A stretch of DNA of 64,000 nucleotides from Candidatus Multivoraceae bacterium (GTDB lineage: Bacteria; Acidobacteriota; Thermoanaerobaculia; Multivoradales; Multivoraceae): positions 2,727,551 through 2,791,550 of the forward strand of contig OZ244782.1 in the NCBI GenBank assembly GCA_965219625.1, given 5' to 3'. The notes beneath the pieces are model-generated. The model had not been told where the DNA came from and ran no database searches. It saw only the letters and a list, made by a program, of their open reading frames with translations. Both the position numbers and the translations under genes were made by a program. Below, in pieces: positions 1 to 11,058 of the stretch (its first letter is position 1; each line of letters starts with the position of its first letter).

Positions 1-742
1 CGACATCGATGCGGGCGGCGCCTTCGCCGCGGTGGCCGAGCTCCGCGCACGCCAAGGACACCGCCTCCGACAGGTCGACCGCCTCGCGGACTCGTTCGGC
101 TTGGCGCTCCTCCAGGCGGGTCGTCTCGAGCAGGTTGCCGACGAGCCGCTCGAGCCGTCGCAGATCCTCCAGGTTGCGCTCGAGCAGGTCGCGCCGGTCG
201 AGCGCGGCGAGATCGCGGAGAAGGAGCGTCTCGGTCGTCAGCCGGAGGCTCGCAAGCGGACTCCGCAGTTCATGCGACACTGCGGCGAGGAAGTTCTGTT
301 GCCGAGCCAGGAGATCCGCCTCGCGTTGGAGCACGCGCCACAGGACGAGGATTCCTCCGCCCAGCACGAAGAGGAAGAAGGCGCCTTCCCAGCGATACTG
401 GCTGAGGTGGCTTCGGCGCTCGAGCTCGATTGCCTCGAGCGAAACCTGTGGGATGCGGGCGCCGTCGGCTTCGATCTCGAGTTCGGGGTAGAACTCCCGC
501 AGCTCCTCGGCTGGCTGACCTGCCCGAAGCGCCGCTTCCGCCGCCTCGCGGTGCAGCTCGAGCACGACCGCGCGGTCGTCGGCGATGCGATCCGCAAGCC
601 GCGACTGATCGACGAGCCACCAGACGACCTGCACCGCGGTCGCGCCGAGGACCAGCAGGAACCCGACCTGCGTGCGCCGGACCCACAGCCCCTCTGGGGA
701 TGCGGCGCTGAGCGAACCGGTCGTCGACCGCGATTTCAGCAT
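1..742 (-). CDS. Sensor histidine kinase, partial (C-terminus lies beyond the window start)
   Basis: Minus-strand frame (absent from the ORF track because it has no in-window stop) reads MLKSRSTTG...GFLLVLGATAVQVVWWLV (TM helix)...AAVSHELRSPLASLRLTTETLL (HisKA H-box)...; ATG at 742. Confidence 0.7.
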   Translation of the reverse strand, partial: MLKSRSTTGSLSAASPEGLWVRRTQVGFLLVLGATAVQVVWWLVDQSRLADRIADDRAVVLELHREAAEAALRAGQPAEELREFYPELEIEADGARIPQVSLEAIELERRSHLSQYRWEGAFFLFVLGGGILVLWRVLQREADLLARQQNFLAAVSHELRSPLASLRLTTETLLLRDLAALDRRDLLERNLEDLRRLERLVGNLLETTRLEERQAERVREAVDLSEAVSLACAELGHRGEGAARIDV

Positions 743-826
743 TCCCTTATTCTGCAACGAACCGGAGGCTGGGTCGCGTGGCTGGCGGGTGTCGGTTCGG
801 GACGAGCCGTGTAGGCTCCGCGACCG

Positions 827-1708
827 GTGATGATCGAGTCAGTTGCCATGGAGCGGGTCCGCTCGACGGACGGCGTGGAGGTGGTGGCTTACGACTACGG
901 CGGTCAGGGGCCGGATCTGCTCTGCGGCCATGCGACGGGGTTCCATGGTCGGGTCTACGATCCGATGCTGGCGCATCTGAGCGGTTTCCGGCTGATCAGC
1001 GCGGACCTGAGAGGCCACGGCCGCGCCAGCGTCCCGGACGGTCTCGACTATCGATGGGAGTCCTTTGCAGATGACCTGCTGGCAATCGTCGACGCGCTCG
1101 CCCTCGGTTCGCATGGGCCGCTCTACGGTTTTGGGCATTCGATGGGGGCGGCGAGTCTGCTCATGGCGGAGCCTCGCCGGCCCGGTACCTTCGCCGGCCT
1201 GGTCTGCTACGAGCCGGTGGTCTACCCGCCATGGGAGAACGACGACGCGGTCCGGCTGTCCGGCTGGGTCGAGCGGACGACTCGTCGGCGGCGTCGCTTC
1301 GAGTCGGCTGACGCGGCGGTCGCCAACTTCAAGGCGAAACCTCCGTATTCCCTGTTCGACCCGGCTGCGCTCGATGCCTACGTGGAACATGGCTTTGCGG
1401 GGACTGCCGGCGGCGCGGTCGAGATCAGGTGTCGGCCTGAGGTCGAAGCGCAGATCTACCTGATGGGCCCGAACCATCGGGCCTGGGACACGCTGTCGGC
1501 AGTGCGATGCCCCGTCACCTTGATGCGTGGCTCGGTGCTTCAGCCGGGGCCGGCCTACTGGGCAGAAGCGCTGGTTGAGGAGTTGCCCGATGTCGATTTC
1601 CTCGAGGTCGAGGAACTCGGGCATCTGGGGCCGATGGAGAGACCCGAGATGATCGCGCATCTCGTCGCACGGTCCCTCCGCGCTCGGCGGACGGGGACGA
1701 GCGGGTAG
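827..1708 (+). CDS. Alpha/beta-fold hydrolase
   Basis: 293 aa; HGxxxxxxR...GHSMGA nucleophile elbow (G-x-S-x-G); size typical of the fold. Confidence 0.75.
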   Translation: MMIESVAMERVRSTDGVEVVAYDYGGQGPDLLCGHATGFHGRVYDPMLAHLSGFRLISADLRGHGRASVPDGLDYRWESFADDLLAIVDALALGSHGPLYGFGHSMGAASLLMAEPRRPGTFAGLVCYEPVVYPPWENDDAVRLSGWVERTTRRRRRFESADAAVANFKAKPPYSLFDPAALDAYVEHGFAGTAGGAVEIRCRPEVEAQIYLMGPNHRAWDTLSAVRCPVTLMRGSVLQPGPAYWAEALVEELPDVDFLEVEELGHLGPMERPEMIAHLVARSLRARRTGTSG

Positions 1709-1782
1709 GTACCGAAGGTACCTCGAACGGGCGGTCCATCGTCCGACCGGGTTCGCCGCCACCCTTCGCTATCCTCTCCGGC

Positions 1783-2592
1783 GTGGAGCCGCTGCACCTG
1801 ATTGTCGTCGCCCTGGTGCAGGGGCTGACCGAGTATCTGCCGATCAGCTCGACGGCGCACCTGATCCTTCTGCCTCGACTGTTCGGTTGGCCCGATCAGG
1901 GGCTGGCGGTCGATGTGGCCGCGAATACCGGTACGCTCGCGGCGGTCGTCGCCTACTTCCGACGAGACCTCCTGCAGTTCGCGCGGGCGTTCGCGCCCGG
2001 TCGGCGGCCAGCTTCGGAGTCGGTCGCCCGGGATGCGGCACGTCGAATGGTGTGGCGCTTGGCTGTCGCGTCCGTGCCGGTGCTCATCGCCGGTATCGCT
2101 GCCGGGGACTGGATTGCGGGTGACGCGCGTCGACCGGGCGTCATCGCCTGGGCGACGATCGGATTCGGTGCGGCGCTCGGCGTCGCCGATCGTTGGGGGA
2201 AGCAGAACCGCAGGCTCGACCAGGCAACCTGGCTCCACGCCGCCTGGTTCGGCGTGGCGCAGGCGTTGGCGCTTGTTCCCGGAGCTTCGCGGGCCGGGGT
2301 CGTGATCAGCGCCGGCCGGCTCCTCGGCTTCGACCGGGAGTCGTCCGCGCGGTTTTCGTTTCTCCTTGCGATTCCGGTAGGAGTCTTCGTTGCCGGCAAG
2401 GACGGCCTGGACCTGGTGCGCGGAACGTTGCCCGTGTCGCAACTGCCGTCCTTGCTCTTCGTTGCGGCGCTCTCCGCAGTCGTGGGATATGTCGTGATCG
2501 GTTTGCTTTTGGGCTGGGTGCGGCGCCGGAGTCTGCAGGTCTTCGTCGGCTATCGACTCGCGTTGGGAGTCGCTCTCCTCATCCTCCTCTGA
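1783..2592 (+). CDS. uppP: Undecaprenyl-diphosphatase (UppP/BacA)
   Basis: 269 aa; N-terminal GLTEYLPISSTAHL motif and multi-TM composition; GTG start. Confidence 0.8.
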   Translation: MEPLHLIVVALVQGLTEYLPISSTAHLILLPRLFGWPDQGLAVDVAANTGTLAAVVAYFRRDLLQFARAFAPGRRPASESVARDAARRMVWRLAVASVPVLIAGIAAGDWIAGDARRPGVIAWATIGFGAALGVADRWGKQNRRLDQATWLHAAWFGVAQALALVPGASRAGVVISAGRLLGFDRESSARFSFLLAIPVGVFVAGKDGLDLVRGTLPVSQLPSLLFVAALSAVVGYVVIGLLLGWVRRRSLQVFVGYRLALGVALLILL

Positions 2593-2631
2593 GGCGCCGG
2601 TCGAACGTCGCGCGGCTTCCGAGCTCCGTGC

Positions 2632-3702
2632 TCAGGCCATGGCGACTCTGGCGGCGATGGCCTGGCCCATCTCGGTCGTCGACACGGCCGCCTGCCCCTT
2701 CAACGCGAGATCGGCAGTGCGGAGTCCATCGTCGAGCACTCCGGCGACGGCGGCCTCGACCGCGGCAGCCTCATCGTCGAGCCGCAGGCTGTGGCGAAGC
2801 AGCATCGCGACGCTGAGGACGGCGCCGATCGGATTCGCTATGCCCTGCCCGGCGATGTCCGGCGCCGCCCCGTGGACCGGTTCGTAGAGCCCCTGGCGGT
2901 TCGAACCGAGCGAAGCGGAGGGCAGCATGCCGAGCGACCCGGCGAGGATGGCGGCCTCGTCGCTCAGGATGTCCCCGAACATGTTGCCGGCGAGGATCAC
3001 GTCGTAGTCGGCTGGCGAGCGCATCAACTGCATGGCGAACGCGTCGACGAGGTGGTGAGTCACTTCCACGTCGGCGTAGGCGCTGGCGACCTCGGTGACC
3101 GACCGTCGCCAGAGTCGCATCGAGGCGAGCACGTTCGCCTTGTCGATCGAGGCCAGCTTGCCGCGCCTGCCGCGGGCGGCTTCGAGCGCCACCCGCGCAA
3201 CGCGCTCGACCTCGGCCGTCGAATAGACGAGCGTGTCGTGGGCCGTATCGCCGTCCCCCTGTTCCTGGCGCGGTCCGAAGTAGATGCCGCCGGTCAACTC
3301 GCGGACGAAGAGCAGGTCGACGCCTTGAAGGAGCTCGGGCCGGAGCGGCGCGAACTCGATCAGCGAGTCGAATACGGGCACCGGGCGAAGGTTCGCGAAC
3401 AGATCGAGTGCTGAGCGCAGATCGAGCAGTCCCTGTTCCGGGCGAAGGGCCGCCGCCGGATCCGACCACTTCGGGCCGCCGACGGCCCCCAGAAACACGG
3501 CGTCCGCCTCGCGGCAGGCGGCAAGAGTGTCTGGCGGCAGGGGGTTCCGGAAATCGTCGATCGCGTTGCCCCCGATCGGGTGCGCCGCGATGTCGAACCG
3601 GTGATCGCCGAGCGCGGCGACGAGGTCGAGGATCCGCGTCGCCTCGGTCGTGACTTCCGGGCCGATGCCGTCGCCGGGCAGGATGACGATGTTCGCGTGC
3701 AT
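2632..3702 (-). CDS. leuB: 3-isopropylmalate dehydrogenase
   Basis: [18 protein letters not shown]... typical LeuB N-terminus; the track ORF extends upstream but the start is the internal ATG at 3702. Confidence 0.85.
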   Translation of the reverse strand: MHANIVILPGDGIGPEVTTEATRILDLVAALGDHRFDIAAHPIGGNAIDDFRNPLPPDTLAACREADAVFLGAVGGPKWSDPAAALRPEQGLLDLRSALDLFANLRPVPVFDSLIEFAPLRPELLQGVDLLFVRELTGGIYFGPRQEQGDGDTAHDTLVYSTAEVERVARVALEAARGRRGKLASIDKANVLASMRLWRRSVTEVASAYADVEVTHHLVDAFAMQLMRSPADYDVILAGNMFGDILSDEAAILAGSLGMLPSASLGSNRQGLYEPVHGAAPDIAGQGIANPIGAVLSVAMLLRHSLRLDDEAAAVEAAVAGVLDDGLRTADLALKGQAAVSTTEMGQAIAARVAMA

Positions 3703-3763
3703 GGCGGAACTCCAGGGCGAGAAGGGAGGGGGCCGTAGGTGGAGGCGGAGAGGGCAGGCCGGC

Positions 3764-4387
3764 TCAGCCGGTCCGCGTGTCGAGCCTTGGCGCGTGAGTC
3801 GCTTCGAATCTCTCGATGGCGGGCAGCTGCTCGAGGAGGTAGCCAAGCTGGTCGACTCCGTCGAGCAGGCAGCGGCGGGCGAACGGGTCCACGTCGAAGG
3901 ACGTGTCCTCGCCGTCGGGGAGCCTGAGCGTCTGCGCTTCGAGGTCGATCGTCACCTGGGTCGCGGGGTCGTCCGCCACGGCTCTGAAGAGCGCCGCCGA
4001 GACCCGGTCGCTCACCGCCACGGTGAGTAGACCGTTCTTCAGTGCGTTGCTGCGGAAGATGTCCGCGAAGGAGGTGCTGATCACCGCGCGGAGGCCGTAG
4101 CCCACGAGAGCCCAGGGCGCGTGCTCTCGGGAGCTGCCGCAACCGAAGTTGTCGCCGGCGAGGAGGATCTTCGCGCTCTGGTGCTCTGGCCGGTTGAGCA
4201 CGAAGTCGACATTCGGCTCGGCGTTCGGATCGCCGTCTCGGTAGCGCCAGCGAGCGAACAGGCCCGAGGCGATTCCCGAGCGGTCGGTGACCTTCAGGTA
4301 GGACGCGGGGATGATCTGGTCGGTGTCGATGTTCGTGATCGGCAGCGGCGCCAGGGTGCTCGTCAGGCGGTCGAAGCGGAGGTTCAC
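3764..4387 (-). CDS. leuD: 3-isopropylmalate dehydratase small subunit
   Basis: [27 protein letters not shown]...; GTG start overlaps the leuC stop (GTGA). Confidence 0.85.
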   Translation of the reverse strand: MNLRFDRLTSTLAPLPITNIDTDQIIPASYLKVTDRSGIASGLFARWRYRDGDPNAEPNVDFVLNRPEHQSAKILLAGDNFGCGSSREHAPWALVGYGLRAVISTSFADIFRSNALKNGLLTVAVSDRVSAALFRAVADDPATQVTIDLEAQTLRLPDGEDTSFDVDPFARRCLLDGVDQLGYLLEQLPAIERFEATHAPRLDTRTG

Positions 4388-5805
4388 GACAGGACCTCCC
4401 GCACGTCGGTAACCCGGCCGGTGATCGCCGACGCGGCCGCGGTCAGCGGGCTGGCAAGAAAGGTGCGGCCGCCGGCGCCCTGCCGGCCCTCGAAGTTGCG
4501 GTTCGACGTGCTGACCGCGTACTGGCCGGGCTCGAGCTGGTCGCCGTTCATCGCCAGACACATCGAGCAGCCGGCCTCGCGCCACTCGGCGCCGGCGTCG
4601 ATGAAGACCTGAGCGAGACCATCGTCTTCAGCCTGTTTCTTGACGGCTTCCGAACCGGGAACGACGAGCACCCTCAGGCCATCGGCGACCCTCTGTCCGC
4701 GCAGGACTCCCGCCGCGGCGCGCAGGTCGCTGTAGCGCGAGTTCGTGCAACTGCCAACGAAGACGACGTCGATGGGCTTTCCCGCAAGCCGTTGCCCGGG
4801 CTCCAGAGCCATGTACTCGAGCGCCTTGGCGAACGAGGCGCGGCCCTCGGGCTCGACGGACTCCGTCTCGGGAATGACGCCGGCGATGGGGATCGCCATG
4901 CCGGGATTCGTACCGTAGGTGACCATCGGTTCGAGAGCCGAAGCGTCGAGCAGGGTCGTCCGGTCGTAGACGGCGCCGTCGTCGCTGGGAAGCGATCGCC
5001 AGTCCTCGAGTGCGGCCTCCCAGGCTTCGCCCCGGGGCGCCATCCGCCGCCCCTTCAGATAGTCGAAGGTCACGTCGTCGGGCGCGATCAGCCCAGCTCG
5101 GGCGCCTCCCTCGATCGACATGTTGCACACCGTCATTCGGCCTTCCATGTCGAGGGCGCGGATCGCCTCGCCCGTGTACTCGAACACGTGGCCGGTACCG
5201 CCGCCGATGCCGAGCTTCGCGATGACCGCCAGGATGACGTCCTTCGCGACGACTCCCTCCTGGAGTCGGCCGTCGACGCGGACTTCGAAGGTGCTCGGCC
5301 GGTATTGGAGCAGGCACTGAGTGGCCAACACGTGGCCGACCTCGCTCGTGCCGATGCCGAACGCGAGCGCACCGACCGCGCCGTGGGTGCTCGTGTGGCT
5401 GTCCCCGCAGACGACCGTCATGCCGGGCTGCGTGGCGCCGAGCTCGGGCCCGATCACATGGACGATGCCGCGGCGGTCGTCGCCCATCGCAAACAACGGG
5501 ATGCCGTGGCGAGCGCAGTTCTCCTCGAGGCGCTCGAGTTGGGCTGCCCCCTCCGGATCGAGCACCCGGAGTCGGGAGCTGCCGATGGACGGATCCGTCG
5601 GCGTCGAGTGGTCCATCGTCGCCAGGGTCAGATCGGGACGCCGTACGGAGAGCGTCCGCTCGGAGAGCATCGTGAACGCCTGCGGCGAGGTCACCTCGTG
5701 GATCAGATGCAAGTCGACGTAGAGCGTCGCCGGCAGGCCGGCGTCGCCATCCGTGACGATGTGGCGCTGCCAGATCTTCTCGAACAGGGTCTGCGGCGCG
5801 GTCAT
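4384..5805 (-). CDS. leuC: 3-isopropylmalate dehydratase large subunit
   Basis: 473 aa aconitase-family protein ([12 protein letters not shown], Fe-S Cys motifs); ATGA overlap with the leuA stop. Confidence 0.9.
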   Translation of the reverse strand: MTAPQTLFEKIWQRHIVTDGDAGLPATLYVDLHLIHEVTSPQAFTMLSERTLSVRRPDLTLATMDHSTPTDPSIGSSRLRVLDPEGAAQLERLEENCARHGIPLFAMGDDRRGIVHVIGPELGATQPGMTVVCGDSHTSTHGAVGALAFGIGTSEVGHVLATQCLLQYRPSTFEVRVDGRLQEGVVAKDVILAVIAKLGIGGGTGHVFEYTGEAIRALDMEGRMTVCNMSIEGGARAGLIAPDDVTFDYLKGRRMAPRGEAWEAALEDWRSLPSDDGAVYDRTTLLDASALEPMVTYGTNPGMAIPIAGVIPETESVEPEGRASFAKALEYMALEPGQRLAGKPIDVVFVGSCTNSRYSDLRAAAGVLRGQRVADGLRVLVVPGSEAVKKQAEDDGLAQVFIDAGAEWREAGCSMCLAMNGDQLEPGQYAVSTSNRNFEGRQGAGGRTFLASPLTAAASAITGRVTDVREVLS

Positions 5806-7433
5806 GACTGGGCCGGATTCCGGCTCGACACCTTGAGCGTCGCCGGGCCGGGTTCGCCGGCGGTGTACTTCGTGCCGACCGCGGCGAGCATCCGATTCAG
5901 CGCGGCGAGGTACGCCTTCGCCGACGCGACGATGACGTCCGTATCCGCACCGTAGCCGCCGAAGACGCGGCCGCGGCCTTGACCGCCCTCCGGGCTCTTG
6001 ATCCGTACCGTAACCTCGCCGACCGCGTCGATGCCCTCGGTGACGCTGTGGACGTTGTACTCGAGCAGCGTGGCGCCGGCCTCGACCACCGCATCGATCG
6101 CCCGGTACGCAGCGTCGACCGGACCCGTGCCGACGCCGGGCGAGACATACTCGTCACCGTTCGGGCCGCGCAGCCGCACGGTCGCCGTCGGCATTCCGGG
6201 CCGTCCGCAGGTGATCTGCAGGTCGGTCAGAACGAAGAGCTCCGAGGGCGCGAGGATCTGCTGGTTGGCCAGCGCCTGCAGGTCGGCATCCGTGATGTCC
6301 TTCTTCTGATCGGCGAGCTGCTTGAAGCGGCGAAAAGCCTCGCTGAGTTCCTCCCGGTTCAGCTCGAAACCGAGCTCTTCCATTCGCGCCCGGAGCGCGT
6401 GCTTTCCGGAGTGTTTTCCGAGCACCAGACGGCTCTGGGTGAGACCGACGGTCTGGGGGGTCATGATCTCGTAGGTGCGCTGGTCCTGAAGCATGCCGTG
6501 CTGGTGAATGCCGGCTTCATGAGCGAACGCGTTCTCACCGACGATCGCCTTGTTTCGGGGTACCCCGATACCCGTGTAATGCGCGACCATGCGGCTGGTT
6601 CGGACGATTTCGGTCGTGTTGATCCGGCTGCCGATGCCGTAGATCTTCGGCCGGGTGTGGAGCGCCATGACGACCTCCTCGAGCGAGGTGTTCCCCGCGC
6701 GTTCGCCGATGCCGTTGATCGTCACTTCGACCTGCCGGACACCGGCTTCGATCGCGGCGAGCGTGTTCGCCGTGGCGCAGCCCAGGTCGTCGTGGCAGTG
6801 CGCCGACCACACGACGTTGTCCGCCCCGTCCGTTCGCTCGATCAGGCAACGGAAAAGGTCGGCGTACTCGGCCGGCATGTCGTAGCCGACGGTGTCCGGG
6901 ACGTTCAGCGTCGTGGCGCCCTCGGCAATCGCCAGCGAGAGCACCTCGACCAGGAAGTCCGGATCGGAACGGGTGCCGTCCTCGGGACTGAACTCGATGT
7001 CGTCGCACAGCGATCGGGCATGGGAGACCATGTGGCCGACCTGACTCAGCACCTGTTCGCGGGTCATTCCGAGCTTGCGCTCCATGTGCAGGTCGGAGGT
7101 GGCGATGAATGCGTGGATGCGCGGCTTCGCCGCGTCGCGCACCGCCTCCCAGGCCTTGTCGATGTCCTCCCGCCAGCAGCGGGCAAGCCCGGCGATGACC
7201 GGACCGTCTCGCTTGCCGACTTCGCGGGCGATGCGGCGCGTGGCTTCGAGGTCGTCGGGGCTTGCGGCAGGGAAGCCTGCCTCGATGATGTCCACGCCGA
7301 GGACCGCGAGCTGGCGCGCCACCTCGAGCTTCTCTGCACTTGTCATCGTCGCGCCTGGCGATTGTTCGCCGTCGCGGAGTGTCGTGTCGAAGATGCGGAC
7401 GTAGTCGCTTCTCTGCGCTCCGGTCACGATCAC
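5802..7433 (-). CDS. leuA: 2-isopropylmalate synthase
   Basis: 543 aa; [19 protein letters not shown]-like motif with a C-terminal LeuA dimerisation region; ATGA overlap with the ilvC stop. Confidence 0.85.
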   Translation of the reverse strand: MIVTGAQRSDYVRIFDTTLRDGEQSPGATMTSAEKLEVARQLAVLGVDIIEAGFPAASPDDLEATRRIAREVGKRDGPVIAGLARCWREDIDKAWEAVRDAAKPRIHAFIATSDLHMERKLGMTREQVLSQVGHMVSHARSLCDDIEFSPEDGTRSDPDFLVEVLSLAIAEGATTLNVPDTVGYDMPAEYADLFRCLIERTDGADNVVWSAHCHDDLGCATANTLAAIEAGVRQVEVTINGIGERAGNTSLEEVVMALHTRPKIYGIGSRINTTEIVRTSRMVAHYTGIGVPRNKAIVGENAFAHEAGIHQHGMLQDQRTYEIMTPQTVGLTQSRLVLGKHSGKHALRARMEELGFELNREELSEAFRRFKQLADQKKDITDADLQALANQQILAPSELFVLTDLQITCGRPGMPTATVRLRGPNGDEYVSPGVGTGPVDAAYRAIDAVVEAGATLLEYNVHSVTEGIDAVGEVTVRIKSPEGGQGRGRVFGGYGADTDVIVASAKAYLAALNRMLAAVGTKYTAGEPGPATLKVSSRNPAQS

Positions 7434-8431
7434 ACCTCCTTCGCATCCAGAAACGGCATCATCCGGCGGAGCTTCCTGCCCACGTCCTCGATCGGGTGGT
7501 CGCGTTCCTGGGCGCGCCGTGGAGTGAAACGCGGACGGCCGTCCTTGTTCTCGGCGATCCAGTCGCGGGCGTACGTGCCGTCCTGAATGTCACTGAGGAC
7601 CTTGTCCATGACCGCCCGCACGTCCTTCGTGATGAGTTGATCCCCGGCGTGGTAGCCGCCGTGTTCGGCGGTGTCGGAGACGCTGTACCACATGTAGCCG
7701 AGGCCGCCTTCGTACATCAGGTCGACGATCAGCTTGAGTTCGTGCAGGCATTCGAAGTAGGCGACTTCGGGCTGATAGCCGGCGGCGACCAGCTTTTCGA
7801 AGCCGGCGCGAACGAGGGCCGAGGCGCCGCCGCAGAGCACGATCTGCTCGCCGAAGAGGTCGGTTTCGGTTTCTTCGGCGAACGTGGTCTCGATGACGCC
7901 CGCCCGCGTGCAGCCGATTCCCTTCGCGTAGGCGAGCGCGTCCGCCAGAGCGCCGCCCGTCGCGTCGTTCGCGACGGCGACGAGGCCCGGCGTGCCTGCG
8001 CCCTCGGTGAACACTTCGCGTACCCGGTGTCCTGGCGCCTTCGGCGCGACAAGCGACACATCGATGTTTGCCGGAGGCGTGATCTCGCCGTAGCGGATGT
8101 TGAATCCGTGCGCGAACATCAGCGTATCGCCGGCTTTCAGGTGCGGCGCGACGTCGCGCTCGTAGACCTCGGCCTGCACGGTGTCCGGCGCGAGAATGAT
8201 GATCGTCTGCGCGCGGGCGGCGGCGTCCGCGTTGCTCAGGACCTCGAGTCCGTCCGCTTCGGCCTTCGCCGCGCTGCCGCTCCCCTCGTGCAGGCCGACG
8301 ACGACGTCGACTCCGCTATCGCGCAGGTTCAGCGCATGGGCGTGGCCCTGGCTGCCGTAGCCGATGACGGCGACGGTCCGTCCGTCGAGCCGCGACAGAT
8401 CCGCATCGTCGTCATAGTAGAGATTCGCCAT
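7430..8431 (-). CDS. ilvC: Ketol-acid reductoisomerase
   Basis: 333 aa; [29 protein letters not shown]-binding motif. Confidence 0.9.
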   Translation of the reverse strand: MANLYYDDDADLSRLDGRTVAVIGYGSQGHAHALNLRDSGVDVVVGLHEGSGSAAKAEADGLEVLSNADAAARAQTIIILAPDTVQAEVYERDVAPHLKAGDTLMFAHGFNIRYGEITPPANIDVSLVAPKAPGHRVREVFTEGAGTPGLVAVANDATGGALADALAYAKGIGCTRAGVIETTFAEETETDLFGEQIVLCGGASALVRAGFEKLVAAGYQPEVAYFECLHELKLIVDLMYEGGLGYMWYSVSDTAEHGGYHAGDQLITKDVRAVMDKVLSDIQDGTYARDWIAENKDGRPRFTPRRAQERDHPIEDVGRKLRRMMPFLDAKEV

Positions 8432-8518
8432 CGATGTCGTCCTCGTTGCGTTCTCAGAGGTGCGTCGACCTGCTGATCCGGTTGGTATTCGGGGTGGTTT
8501 CGTGCCGCAGGTTGCTCG

Positions 8519-9064
8519 TCACAACACGTTCTTGCGCGCCGCCGAGCGGCTTCGATTCGGCTTGTAGCCCTCGTCCTTCAGGGTGTGGCTCCCGCGGCCC
8601 ATCGCGATGACGCCGGTACGTACCATCTCGATGATCCCGAACGGACGGATGAGCTCGGTGAAATGCTCGATCTTCTCCTCCTCGCCGGTGATCTCGACGA
8701 CCAGGGACTCGGCGGCGACGTCGATGATCCGCGCACGGAAGATGTCGCAGAGCTGGATGACTTCGCGTCGGTTCTCCGACGATGCTCTGACCTTGACGAG
8801 AGCCATGTCGCGAGCCACCGCCGGCTTCTTGTGGAGATGGTCGACATGGACGACCTCGACGAGCTTGTAGAGATTCGTAACCAGGCGGTCCGCCTCGGCG
8901 GTGTCCGACTCCATGACGACCGTCATGCGAGAGAGATTCTCCCGCTGCGTCCGACCGACCGACAGACTGTCGATATTGAAGCTCCGCCTTCGGAAGAGGT
9001 TCGCCACCCGGGCGAGAACGCCCGGGCGATTCTCGACCAGCGCGGCCAGGATGTGCTTCGCCAC
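8519..9064 (-). CDS. ilvN: Acetolactate synthase small (regulatory) subunit
   Basis: VAKHILAALVENRPGVLARVANLFRRRSFNIDSLSVG (ACT domain); GTG start at 9064, 20 nt after the ilvB stop; the track ORF is over-extended. Confidence 0.8.
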   Translation of the reverse strand: MAKHILAALVENRPGVLARVANLFRRRSFNIDSLSVGRTQRENLSRMTVVMESDTAEADRLVTNLYKLVEVVHVDHLHKKPAVARDMALVKVRASSENRREVIQLCDIFRARIIDVAAESLVVEITGEEEKIEHFTELIRPFGIIEMVRTGVIAMGRGSHTLKDEGYKPNRSRSAARKNVL

Positions 9065-9084
9065 AGCGGAATCTCCGTCTGCCG

Positions 9085-11037
9085 TCAGACTCCGAACCGC
9101 GAGCCGAGTTTGGCGTCGGCTGGCGCAGGAGGCGTCGGGGGCTGCTCGGCCCCCGCGGCGTCGGTGTCTGCGGAGGCTTCGGCCGCCTCCCGCTTGCGGC
9201 GTTGCTGCTCGTACTCTTCCGGTGTGGGACGCCGGATCATGTCGTCGAGGTCCGCGCCGGCCGGCACCATGGGATAGACGATCTCCTCTTTCTCGACGAC
9301 GAACTCGATGAGCGTCGGACCCTCGGTGCGTGCCCGCGACGACTCGACGGCGCGCTCGATCTCGCTGCGCTCGGTGACGCGGATGGCTGGGATGCCGAAT
9401 GCATCGGCCAGTTTGCAGAAGTCCGGGTTGACCATCGGCGTCGCGTTGTAGCGCTCCTCGTAGAAGAACTCCTGCCACTGCCGGACCATGCCCAGGAAGC
9501 CGTTGTTGATCACGGCGATGTGTACGTTGACCTGCTCCTGAACGGCGGTGGCGAGTTCCATCATCGTCATCTGAAATCCACCGTCGCCGACGATCGCCCA
9601 TACCTCCTCGTCGGGGCGCGCCATCTTCGCGCCAATCGCCGCGGGTACGCCGAAACCCATCGTCCCCAGGCCGCCGCTCGTGATCAGGCTGTGCGGACGA
9701 TCGTGCTGGTAGTACTGCGCCTCCCACATCTGGTGCTGGCCGACATCCGTGACGGTGACGGCGCCTCCTCCCGTGACCTCGAACAGATCGCGGATGACCT
9801 GGGCGCCGAGCAGCTTGCCCTCGGGCACTGCGGGATGCTGAGGCTCGTCCGCTGGCCGGACGATCTCGCGCTGCTCGGAGTCCGCCCGCCACTCGGCGAT
9901 CCGGTCGAGCCAGGACGGCGCGGGCTCGCGCTCGACCCGGCCGAGCAGCTGGCGCAGCACCTCGCGCAGGTCGCCGACGATGCCGACGTCAGTGGCGACG
10001 TTCTTGTTGATCTCGGACGGGTCGATGTCCACGTGGATCTTCCGCGAGGCCCTCGCGTAGGTGGCGAGATTGCCGGTGACCCGGTCGTCGAAGCGCATGC
10101 CGAGCGCAATCAGCAGATCGGCCTCCTGAATCGCGTGGTTCACCTCGGCGCCGCCGTGCATTCCCATCATTCCCAGGCACAGAGGGTGGTGCTCGGACAG
10201 CGCGCCCTTGCCGAGCAAGGTCAGCGCGACGGGGATCTGCGCTCGTTCGGCAAGCGCCTTCAGCTCGCGATTCGCGTTCGACATCGAGATGCCGTGTCCG
10301 GCGAGGATGATCGGCCGTTTCGACTCGCGAATCAGCTCGAGGGCGGCGTCGATCTGCCGGGCCCGCGCCGACCGCGGCGGCCGGTAGCCCGGCAGCATGA
10401 TCGGATCGGTGGGATACGCGAACTCCGCGGTCTGCATCTGAATGTCCTTCGGAATGTCGACGAGTACCGGACCCGGGCGCCCGGTGCGGGCGATGTGGAA
10501 GGCCTCGCGGATGACTTCGGGCAGTTCGTCGACGCTTGTCACGAGGTAGTTGTGCTTCGTGATCGGCAGAGTGATGCCGGTCACGTCCGTCTCCTGGAAG
10601 GCGTCGCTGCCGATCGCGCCGGTCGGTACCTGGCCGGTGATGCAGACGATCGGCGAGGAGTCCATCATCGCGGTGGCGATGCCGGTGACGAGGTTCGTAG
10701 CGCCCGGACCGCTCGTCGCGATCGCTACGCCAACCCGGCCGGTGGCGCGGGCGTAGCCGTCCGCCATGTGCGAAGCGCCCTGCTCGTGTCGGGTCAGCAC
10801 ATGGTGAATCTGCGGGTACTGCGTGAGCGCGTCGTAGGTGGGAAGGATCGCTCCGCCCGGGTAGCCGAACACGATGTCGATCCCCTCGCGGATCAGGCAC
10901 TCGCAGACGATCTCCGCGCCGGTCAGGATCTTCGGCTCGTCGGTCGTCCGTGCGCTCGCCTGCTCCGTCGCCCGCGCCTCGGCGCCTGCGTCGGCATTTG
11001 CGGTTGTCCTGCCAGTTGCCGTGTCTTCGGTCATCAT
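9085..11037 (-). CDS. ilvB: Acetolactate synthase large subunit (ThDP-dependent)
   Basis: 650 aa; GYPGGAILPTYDAL, ThDP-binding GDGGFQM...N; AGGAGG RBS 4 nt before the ATGATG start. Confidence 0.9.
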   Translation of the reverse strand: MMTEDTATGRTTANADAGAEARATEQASARTTDEPKILTGAEIVCECLIREGIDIVFGYPGGAILPTYDALTQYPQIHHVLTRHEQGASHMADGYARATGRVGVAIATSGPGATNLVTGIATAMMDSSPIVCITGQVPTGAIGSDAFQETDVTGITLPITKHNYLVTSVDELPEVIREAFHIARTGRPGPVLVDIPKDIQMQTAEFAYPTDPIMLPGYRPPRSARARQIDAALELIRESKRPIILAGHGISMSNANRELKALAERAQIPVALTLLGKGALSEHHPLCLGMMGMHGGAEVNHAIQEADLLIALGMRFDDRVTGNLATYARASRKIHVDIDPSEINKNVATDVGIVGDLREVLRQLLGRVEREPAPSWLDRIAEWRADSEQREIVRPADEPQHPAVPEGKLLGAQVIRDLFEVTGGGAVTVTDVGQHQMWEAQYYQHDRPHSLITSGGLGTMGFGVPAAIGAKMARPDEEVWAIVGDGGFQMTMMELATAVQEQVNVHIAVINNGFLGMVRQWQEFFYEERYNATPMVNPDFCKLADAFGIPAIRVTERSEIERAVESSRARTEGPTLIEFVVEKEEIVYPMVPAGADLDDMIRRPTPEEYEQQRRKREAAEASADTDAAGAEQPPTPPAPADAKLGSRFGV

Positions 11038-11058
11038 CGCCTCCTGTTCGCTTCGGAC